From a virus (lineage: Duplodnaviria > Caudoviricetes), in the IMG/VR virus record IMGVR_UViG_3300030117_006473, positions 1-38,699 of that record: a DNA stretch of 38,699 bases. The stretch is one strand, 5' to 3'. The notes under the pieces are model-generated. The model saw only the letters and a list, made by a program, of their open reading frames with translations, searched no databases and was not told the origin of the DNA. This document shows, piece by piece, positions 1 to 5,572 of the stretch. The position numbers and the translations under genes were made by a program. The first letter of the stretch is position 1. Every line of letters begins with the position of its first letter.

Positions 1-127
1 TATCTTTGAGTGTCTCTTGCATGAGGGGTTTCATCATCGTGTTGTGGATTAGTTTGTGCAGTAGTGCAGCATCTGACTGACTGATTTGCATGTTGAACAC
101 GAGGTCTACGTGTAGCTGAGGGTCCAT
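1..127 (-). CDS. Hypothetical early protein, partial (runs off the window edge; MDPQLHVDLVFNMQISQ...)
   Basis: ATG at 127 preceded by AGGAGA SD; frame open to position 1; not in ORF track. Confidence 0.65.
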   Translation of the reverse strand, partial: MDPQLHVDLVFNMQISQSDAALLHKLIHNTMMKPLMQETLKD

Positions 128-128
128 T

Positions 129-368
129 TCATTCTCCTGTGTGGTTAAGTGCGTCTCTCAACGCTTGGTCAATGATCCGTTTCAGACCATTGAATTTGTT
201 ACGATACTCTTCTTCTGTGTTAGCCTTAGTGATTCGTGCAGTAGCTGACCGAGGGTTCATCTGTTCGATGCGCCTCAACTCACCCAAGTCTTTCGCGGTT
301 GTCGTTAAGCTAACGAGACTGTCGTGGATGATTCGTTCCCACGATGCAAACATTTCACTGTCATTCAT
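129..368 (-). CDS. Hypothetical protein (79 aa)
   Basis: GGAGGTGA SD; ATG overlaps upstream TAA. Confidence 0.8.
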   Translation of the reverse strand: MNDSEMFASWERIIHDSLVSLTTTAKDLGELRRIEQMNPRSATARITKANTEEEYRNKFNGLKRIIDQALRDALNHTGE

Positions 369-544
369 TACTCACCTCCTTCGTCATCAAGTTGCGTCAT
401 TTCCAAATCGTCTTCAAATGCATCGGGGTCCGTTTTGTATCTTTCGAGAGTTTGAAAGATAAACTGCTCATGTAAGTCATCGAGACTGAGTGTTTCCCAA
501 ATGGCCTCAGCCAACTTGATTCGGTTTTCTGTATTGTTTTTCAT
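368..544 (-). CDS. Small acidic hypothetical protein (58 aa, MKNNTENRIK...LDDEGGE)
   Basis: Translated by hand; GGAGGTGA SD; TGATG coupling; below ORF-track cutoff. Confidence 0.8.
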   Translation of the reverse strand: MKNNTENRIKLAEAIWETLSLDDLHEQFIFQTLERYKTDPDAFEDDLEMTQLDDEGGE

Positions 545-717
545 CACTCACCTCCTTCGGTGGCTTCGCTTTGGCAGTAGGCGCAGGTAAAATACTCAGG
601 CCCAACTTTGTTGAGGTTCTCGGTTAAGTCACGGTCACCGTCTACGGTTACGTTGATATTGAACATCGCACTGTCATCCTTGTGAGATTCGCACTCAGGG
701 TTGCTACACTTGAGCAT
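544..717 (-). CDS. Small putative zinc-binding protein (57 aa, MLKCSNPEC...CAYC...EGGE)
   Basis: Translated by hand; CxxxxC and CxxC pairs; GGAGGTGA SD; TGATG coupling. Confidence 0.8.
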   Translation of the reverse strand: MLKCSNPECESHKDDSAMFNINVTVDGDRDLTENLNKVGPEYFTCAYCQSEATEGGE

Positions 718-890
718 CACTCACCTCCTGAACATGCTGGACAATCAGGCATAATGTCTGCAGCATCAACGACACTGTAAATGGGCTCGCCTCCTTCGAT
801 TCTGTCCAGTTGCTCCTTCGTGACGCTAACCTCTACAGGCTTTTCTAATGTCCATGTTTTGCCATCATCCAATACGTATATGTACGTCAT
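717..890 (-). CDS. Small hypothetical protein (57 aa, MTYIYVLDDG...CPACSGGE)
   Basis: Translated by hand; GGAGGTGA SD; TAATG coupling. Confidence 0.8.
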   Translation of the reverse strand: MTYIYVLDDGKTWTLEKPVEVSVTKEQLDRIEGGEPIYSVVDAADIMPDCPACSGGE

Positions 891-1102
891 TACTCACCTC
901 CTTTAATGTTCAACCAAGGCAGCCAATGTAGGGCTGTTAGCTTTAGCCAGTCTTGGGCTGTCTTTGCTTCGTCCCCGTGCCAGAAGACAACTCGCCTTAT
1001 GCCGGTTGGGGTGATGGCTACGTAGGCTTTGCCGTTTACTGTGGACTCAATCGGGTATCCTCTTTGTTTTGCTGTCTTCCACCAGATGTTTCGGCTTTTC
1101 AT
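890..1102 (-). CDS. Hypothetical protein (70 aa, Trp-rich; alternative start 1105)
   Basis: ORF track; GGAGGTGA SD spacing favours ATG at 1102. Confidence 0.8.
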   Translation of the reverse strand: MKSRNIWWKTAKQRGYPIESTVNGKAYVAITPTGIRRVVFWHGDEAKTAQDWLKLTALHWLPWLNIKGGE

Positions 1103-1551
1103 CATTCACCTCCTTTTGTTACTGTGAGACCTTTCTCGGTCATTGGGTTGTCGTAGATGTCTACGTCTTCAATGGTTATGATGCCGTCGAACTTGGTGCT
1201 GCCGGATCGCTGGATCTCGCGGTAAGGCATGACTGCTGAGAGTCGTCCATCGAATCGTGCTTGCCCGTTCTTGACTTTGAAGTTGCCTTTGCGGATTGCA
1301 TCAAGGTCACGGACCAGACAGTTGTACGTGGACTCGTTGATTCGATCCAGCAAGTATTGAAGTACGTTGTCAATGCCTGCTCGGCTTCGACGGTTGCTTG
1401 TGCCGTTCTCTCCTTTCTTGAGTTGACCTTCGATTGTGACGGTCATGTTGATTGGGTATGTGCCCGGAGGCAGGTCGTTCTCAAGCACATCAGCGTTCTT
1501 GCCGTTGTTGAACTTGCGAAGTGTTTCGAGGTACTTTGCATCAATTTCCAT
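1102..1551 (-). CDS. Hypothetical protein (149 aa), first gene after the internal leftward promoter
   Basis: AAGGAG SD; long ORF; promoter directly upstream. Confidence 0.85.
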   Translation of the reverse strand: MEIDAKYLETLRKFNNGKNADVLENDLPPGTYPINMTVTIEGQLKKGENGTSNRRSRAGIDNVLQYLLDRINESTYNCLVRDLDAIRKGNFKVKNGQARFDGRLSAVMPYREIQRSGSTKFDGIITIEDVDIYDNPMTEKGLTVTKGGE

Positions 1552-1578
1552 GATGTCTCCTTTTTGAGTTGTGAGGGT

Positions 1579-1607
1579 AGTATACCACAGTGGTATTCAT
1601 ATGGTAA
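1579..1607 (-). promoter_or_regulatory. Sigma70-type promoter TTACCA-17 bp-TATACT with extended -10 TG, overlapped by palindrome ATACCACAGTGGTAT
   Basis: -35 at 1607-1602, -10 at 1584-1579, exact 17-bp spacer; palindrome at 1582-1596 recurs near 4200. Confidence 0.75.
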
Positions 1608-1621
1608 TCTTTTTTCTCAGA

Positions 1622-1726
1622 TTATCCTTTAGGGTTGAGGGCAGTACACCATGCAATGCCGAAGATAGCTGTCGAGATTCCAAGTGCACCTACTTGAAAG
1701 AAGTAGATGATTGTTTCGCTTAGCAT
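1622..1726 (-). CDS. Small single-pass membrane peptide (34 aa, MLSETIIYFFQVGALGISTAIFGIAWCTALNPKG)
   Basis: AAGGAG SD before ATG 1726; one hydrophobic segment. Confidence 0.7.
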   Translation of the reverse strand: MLSETIIYFFQVGALGISTAIFGIAWCTALNPKG

Positions 1727-1727
1727 T

Positions 1728-1892
1728 TTAGTCTCCTTTTTCGGTGAGCCAGACTTGCCAGCCCGGAAGTGATTCGTAGTACTCAAGTCGGTCGAGGAAG
1801 GTTTCCTCTTCCACTTCGTCAGTGGTGATGCTGGTGAAGACTTCAAGGAAGCCGGGGTTGTTGTCAGAGGGGGCGAGGATGAGAGCGTGCAT
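1728..1892 (-). CDS. Small acidic hypothetical protein (54 aa, MHALILAPSD...)
   Basis: TAAGGAG SD before ATG 1892; the ORF-track start at 2024 overlaps the upstream gene. Confidence 0.75.
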   Translation of the reverse strand: MHALILAPSDNNPGFLEVFTSITTDEVEEETFLDRLEYYESLPGWQVWLTEKGD

Positions 1893-1902
1893 TGTGTTCT
1901 CC

Positions 1903-2130
1903 TTAGAACGGTTTGATTGAGTCAAAGATGTCAACACCCATTGCGGACATCTCTTCGCGGAGATCCCGGCAACGACGCTCGTAAGCATCGATGTTGTCTG
2001 GATCTTCGTGGGCTTCTGGCGCAAGCAGTATCTCTTGTTCCAGTTGATTCTCCAGATTAACCATGGTGAGTTGCTCTGGAGTGAGGAAGACTGGACCTTG
2101 CCAGTTCGTCATGTCGAGTAGTGAGTACAT
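1903..2130 (-). CDS. Acidic hypothetical protein (75 aa) ending DIFDSIKPF
   Basis: AGGAGA SD within the repeated leader module. Confidence 0.8.
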   Translation of the reverse strand: MYSLLDMTNWQGPVFLTPEQLTMVNLENQLEQEILLAPEAHEDPDNIDAYERRCRDLREEMSAMGVDIFDSIKPF

Positions 2131-2158
2131 TTCATTCTCCTGAGTGTTTGGTTAGGGT

Positions 2159-2476
2159 TTAGAAGGGAATCTCTGTGTCTTTGCTCAACTCGGGCCACAT
2201 GTCGTTGCGGTGGTCGCAGGTACAAACGTACTCGTCAACAGCGCCGCAGTAGATACAGTGAGCAAGGTCGGGACGATACTCGGGGTGAATGTGACCGTTG
2301 TCGAGCCAAGCGTCCCAGCACTCAGTTGGGATCTTGCGATCTTCGGCCCAGTTTTGGAAAGCGAGCCAATCAACAGCAGCAGCTTCCTGCTCAGCTTCAC
2401 GGCTGGCCTCTGCGGCACGAGGATCTTGTTGGATCATCAAGCCGATCTCAAAGTCTCGGCATTCGGAAAAAGCCAT
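2159..2476 (-). CDS. Acidic hypothetical protein (105 aa) with CxxC..CxC cluster and SSB-like C-terminus DTEIPF
   Basis: AAGGAGA SD; motifs read from translation. Confidence 0.8.
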   Translation of the reverse strand: MAFSECRDFEIGLMIQQDPRAAEASREAEQEAAAVDWLAFQNWAEDRKIPTECWDAWLDNGHIHPEYRPDLAHCIYCGAVDEYVCTCDHRNDMWPELSKDTEIPF

Positions 2477-2501
2477 GTCATTCTCCTTTGTTGGTTAGGG
2501 T

Positions 2502-2678
2502 TTAGTATTGATAGATTTCGGGTGGTTTTCCGAAGTACCACCACCCGGTGATTTTGCAGAGGTAGACCGTTACACCGCCGTAATTTTTGAGGAAGAACAT
2601 TGCGTTATCGTCATTGGCAACCTCTTTGGGAAGCAGGTCCTTTTCGAAGATCACAACGCCGTCGTAGTATGGATTCAT
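2502..2678 (-). CDS. Small hypothetical protein (58 aa, MNPYYDGVVIFEKD...PEIYQY)
   Basis: Translated by hand; AGGAGA SD within the repeated leader; fills the gap in the operon. Confidence 0.8.
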   Translation of the reverse strand: MNPYYDGVVIFEKDLLPKEVANDDNAMFFLKNYGGVTVYLCKITGWWYFGKPPEIYQY

Positions 2679-2704
2679 GTCACTCTCCTGAGTGTTTGGT
2701 TTGC

Positions 2705-2766
2705 GCTTGATTGCACACTGTAGCCATCTGACCGTGAAGCCAGATGACTACCGAATGGAATCAAAC
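2705..2766 (-). repeat. Intergenic hairpin repeat, copy A (structured RNA element)
   Basis: 17-nt flanks identical to copy B; 12-13 bp stem at 2721-2750 with G-U pairs on the minus strand. Confidence 0.9.
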
Positions 2767-3375
2767 TTGGTTGTATTTCCACTGCTCGTCGATGTGAGCG
2801 TCAGCCTCCTCCATCCACCGATCGAACTGGCTGATGAACTCCGAGGTGTCAACCAGCATGGTGCTTACGTCGTCGACCTGAACCGAACGGTCAAGGATGT
2901 CGATGTAGGGTGACTTGGGCATCTCGGAGTCAGCGTCTGCTTTCTCGGCCTTGCTGGGCCAGTAGGGACCGACGTGCTTGGAAGAAGGTCGACCCTGCCA
3001 CTCGACGTGCCGGAAGTGTTGGTTGTGGAAGAACACCGGGTTGTTGTAGAACGACTCCTTTACCCCCCAACTGTAGGTGCTCTTGCGCTGGTTGAACTCG
3101 CTGTCACCTCGAACCCAAGATTTGAGACTGCGGGGCATGCTCATCGCAATCTGCCGAGCAACCTCGATGCTCTTGCAGAGGTAGTGGAAGTGGATGTTGC
3201 CGGTGTCTGGATCGATGAGGATCATAGCGACTGTCTGCGCAATCTCTCTCCCATCCTTCAGGGTGATCTTTCCGTGGGCAACTGAGCCGTACTTCATGAA
3301 GTGCATGGTCTCGGATACCGGGATGTAGCGGGGACGGATGACGCGGCTGAGCCAAGATTGTTGTGAACGAGACAT
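2761..3375 (-). CDS. Hypothetical early protein (204 aa)
   Basis: GGAGG SD before ATG 3375; stop codon lies inside hairpin repeat A. Confidence 0.85.
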   Translation of the reverse strand: MSRSQQSWLSRVIRPRYIPVSETMHFMKYGSVAHGKITLKDGREIAQTVAMILIDPDTGNIHFHYLCKSIEVARQIAMSMPRSLKSWVRGDSEFNQRKSTYSWGVKESFYNNPVFFHNQHFRHVEWQGRPSSKHVGPYWPSKAEKADADSEMPKSPYIDILDRSVQVDDVSTMLVDTSEFISQFDRWMEEADAHIDEQWKYNQV

Positions 3376-3401
3376 AGTGACCTCCAAGGTCGTTGGTTAG
3401 T

Positions 3402-3461
3402 GCTTGATTGCACACTGTGACCATCCGACCGGAGCCGGATGATCACCGAATGGAATCAAAC
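3402..3461 (-). repeat. Intergenic hairpin repeat, copy B
   Basis: Same flanks as copy A; 12-bp stem at 3418-3445 with three compensatory base-pair changes. Confidence 0.9.
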
Positions 3462-3728
3462 GATGGTAGCGATACCTTCGACGCCGACCCAAAGTTCTTC
3501 GCGTGACTTGATGCGCAGGCCGATTGCTTTACTCAAAGCCCACAGAACGTCGTTGAATGCGTAGTAGTCTTCGAAGCCGTCCATCCCGTGGATTTTGGTG
3601 TCGAGGTCGAGGTGGTACAGTTGGTCGTGAGCCTCAAGTTCGATTTCTGTCTGCATCTCACGTAGCTTTTCGATGCTGTTCGTGGTGCTGATTTTCTCGA
3701 AGGTTTCGAGTAGTTGTGAGCAAGACAT
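3456..3728 (-). CDS. First gene of the leftward early array, acidic helical protein (90 aa, MSCSQLLETF...)
   Basis: GGAG SD before ATG 3728 in the same leader architecture as neighbours; stop codon inside hairpin repeat B. Confidence 0.8.
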   Translation of the reverse strand: MSCSQLLETFEKISTTNSIEKLREMQTEIELEAHDQLYHLDLDTKIHGMDGFEDYYAFNDVLWALSKAIGLRIKSREELWVGVEGIATIV

Positions 3729-3752
3729 AGTAAGCTCCAAGATTTGTTTGGA

Positions 3753-3959
3753 TTGATTGTTGTGTGTGACCGGGCTCGTCCCGATCACGGAATGGATGAC
3801 GCACTGGAGGAGTGGAGTGCAAGGGACTTGAGCCATTTGGAACAAATGGTTTAGGAGGGTCCGCGAGGAACGAGTGGAAACCCGAAAGGCCCTTGCATGG
3901 AAGGAGTACTGTGCGACAACCAATGGAGTGAGGGCGAGTCCGGTCACACCAACAATCAA
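3753..3959 (+). ncRNA. Candidate 207-nt structured ncRNA: long rod with 13x13-nt bubble and branched end, 13 GGA motifs
   Basis: Nested inverted repeats 3753-3781/3932-3959, 3785-3804/3911-3931 and 3818-3825/3890-3897; hairpins 3827-3855 and 3857-3883; six G-U pairs favour the + strand. Confidence 0.6.
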
Positions 3960-4199
3960 GCCACCACCAATCGCAGGTCGTTGCCACAACACCGCCCTGC
4001 CCGTACGTAGAAGTGTGGACGTTTGTACTTGGATTTAGTTAGTCTTTTCGCCGTTGTAAGTAGTTGGAAGTAGTTAGTTTTGCCGGACCCGGACTGTTTC
4101 TTTCTTTGCTGTAGAGGGGGGGGCCACCCCGACTGCCGACCATGGGTCCCTTTTTTTGTGGAGCCCTTTTCCGAACCGGACACATTTTCCAAAACACTT

Positions 4200-4249
4200 T
4201 ACCACAGTGGTATTACCATCTTGCTAAGAAAAGTACGCAGTGATACAGT
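4200..4249 (+). promoter_or_regulatory. Operator-like palindrome TACCACAGTGGTA (4200-4212) next to rightward promoter TTGCTA-17 bp-TACAGT; possible overlapping leftward extended -10 (TGGTAAAGT, 4204-4196)
   Basis: -35 at 4221-4226, TG at 4241-4242, -10 at 4244-4249, AGGAGG SD follows; 15-mer identical to 1583-1597. Confidence 0.7.
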
Positions 4250-4267
4250 TCCCCCACAGGAGGACTC

Positions 4268-4831
4268 ATGCCAAAGAAGGAAGCGTTGCACATCAAGGTA
4301 CCGGTAGACGACTACGTGTTGGATCGTCTGGACGAGGTCATCCCGGTCATCTCCGAGTCTGCGGCTGCGCGAGAGTTTGGCGTTGAGGTCACGCGCGAGA
4401 TGGTTGCCCGCATGGCCCTCGTTCGCGGACTGAAAGACCTCCGCCCTCCACCACCTGCGTCCACGAAACCGCCGACATCCCCACAAACCACAAAATCAAC
4501 GCCACCACAAACCACAGAGGCTCCAGCGGAGCCCGAAGCGCCGCGCGACAACGCAGGAATGATACGCATTCCAGATGGTTGGCATCAGTGGGGGATCAAG
4601 GAGCGGGTTCCAGAGGCTCAGTTTGACGTACATTCGTACTACGATCGTCAGGGATGGCGTCGGTACTGGGGCAAGGCGGGCGATGAGACCATGGTGTTCT
4701 ACTGGTCGCCGGACCCATCATTGCAAGATGTTGAAGCATACGACGGTCAAGATCCATCGGGTAAGACTATAAAGGTGCAGGAGACTCCGTATGGTCCGGG
4801 TCACATTGTTCCGCACGGTTGGGGTTCGTAA
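4268..4831 (+). CDS. Putative regulator: N-terminal ribbon-helix-helix-like domain, Pro/Thr linker, Trp-rich C-terminal domain
   Basis: AGGAGG SD; alternating strand LHIKVPV, helix DYVLDRLDEV and helix TREMVARMALVRGL fit an Arc/MetJ/CopG pattern (by eye). Confidence 0.6.
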   Translation: MPKKEALHIKVPVDDYVLDRLDEVIPVISESAAAREFGVEVTREMVARMALVRGLKDLRPPPPASTKPPTSPQTTKSTPPQTTEAPAEPEAPRDNAGMIRIPDGWHQWGIKERVPEAQFDVHSYYDRQGWRRYWGKAGDETMVFYWSPDPSLQDVEAYDGQDPSGKTIKVQETPYGPGHIVPHGWGS

Positions 4832-5175
4832 TGAGTATAGAGATTTCTACGCCCGCAGATGTGATGGCAACGTTGGAAGAGTTAAATCCTGAAGCAATCA
4901 TGTACGAGGGATTTGATGACGCGCTGGTTGGGATATTGGCTCGATGCGGAACTGAGCCATTGGCATTGTACGATCGAGAACGATGCATTCAGATCTTGAT
5001 GAGCAAAGGGTTGACTCCCGAAGATGCGGAGGACTACTTCTGCTACAATGTTGAGGGTTGCTACGCGGGGCCCCACACACCCTTCATCGCATCATTCAAC
5101 CTCGATCCTGTGGGGGTCCCACGGACGCTAAACGATGTTGAGACAGAGATTCTTGTCGGCGTGAAGGAGGATTGA
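4831..5175 (+). CDS. Conserved phage hypothetical protein (114 aa; GFDDALVG...YD...EDY.CYNVEG.Y.G..TP)
   Basis: TAATG coupling; motif pattern recalled from many aquatic phage hypothetical proteins. Confidence 0.8.
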   Translation: MSIEISTPADVMATLEELNPEAIMYEGFDDALVGILARCGTEPLALYDRERCIQILMSKGLTPEDAEDYFCYNVEGCYAGPHTPFIASFNLDPVGVPRTLNDVETEILVGVKED

Positions 5176-5360
5176 TGCCTCTGTATGTATTTAAGTGCGA
5201 AGACTGCGGAAAGAGAATTGAAAAGCTCATGCCGTTTGACGGCCCCACACCTTCTTGCGAGCACTGCTTGTGTGAGATGAAGAAGCAGATTGCAGCAACC
5301 AGCTTTACGCTCAAGGGCTCAGGCTGGGCAAAAGACAATTATGGGCTTAAATCGGACTGA
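5175..5360 (+). CDS. FmdB-family zinc-ribbon protein
   Basis: MPLYVFKCEDCG...CEHC...MKKQI...F.LKGSGW signature; GGAGG SD. Confidence 0.9.
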   Translation: MPLYVFKCEDCGKRIEKLMPFDGPTPSCEHCLCEMKKQIAATSFTLKGSGWAKDNYGLKSD

Positions 5361-5394
5361 CCATGTTACACTGGATTCGGTGTAGGAGTTTACG

Positions 5395-5571
5395 ATGGCA
5401 AAGTTCCCTGATTTAAGCGGCGACGGCAAAGTCACACAGAAAGACATTTTGATGGGCAAGGGCGTGATCAAGGGTCCCAAAGCCTCGAAGAAAAGTCCTA
5501 CCGACAAAACTCGACGAGGCAAGATAGCCGAGGCAATGAAACAATCTCAAGTAGCTAAGAAGATGGTTTGA
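5395..5571 (+). CDS. Small basic protein with EF-hand/dockerin-like loop (58 aa, MAKFPDLSGDGKVTQKDILMGKG...)
   Basis: Translated by hand; AGGAG SD; extended -10 TGTTACACT at 5364-5372. Confidence 0.8.
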   Translation: MAKFPDLSGDGKVTQKDILMGKGVIKGPKASKKSPTDKTRRGKIAEAMKQSQVAKKMV

Positions 5572-5572
5572 T

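Noticed and set aside
3456-3728. First early gene as an Ocr-like DNA mimic
   Set aside because: Its position is suggestive but it is only moderately acidic (about 17 D/E versus 8 K/R in 90 aa) with no recognisable similarity, so support is insufficient.
2705-3797. Hairpin repeats as a CRISPR array or integron attC sites
   Set aside because: Only 2-3 copies, separated by whole genes rather than 30-40 nt spacers; no cas or integrase gene in the window; covariation with G-U pairs indicates RNA structure; no clear attC R-box arrangement.
3753-3959. Large inverted repeat as a retron msr-msd, MITE or self-cleaving ribozyme
   Set aside because: No reverse transcriptase or transposase in the window, no evident target-site duplication, and no hammerhead CUGAnGA core on inspection. 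It cannot be fully excluded without an Rfam search.
3658-4192. ORF-track ORFs 3456-3992 (N-terminal extension), 3658-3987 and 3956-4192 crossing the structured region
   Set aside because: No SD at their starts; the SD and shared leader architecture point to ATG 3728. The TCC-rich minus strand simply lacks stop codons.
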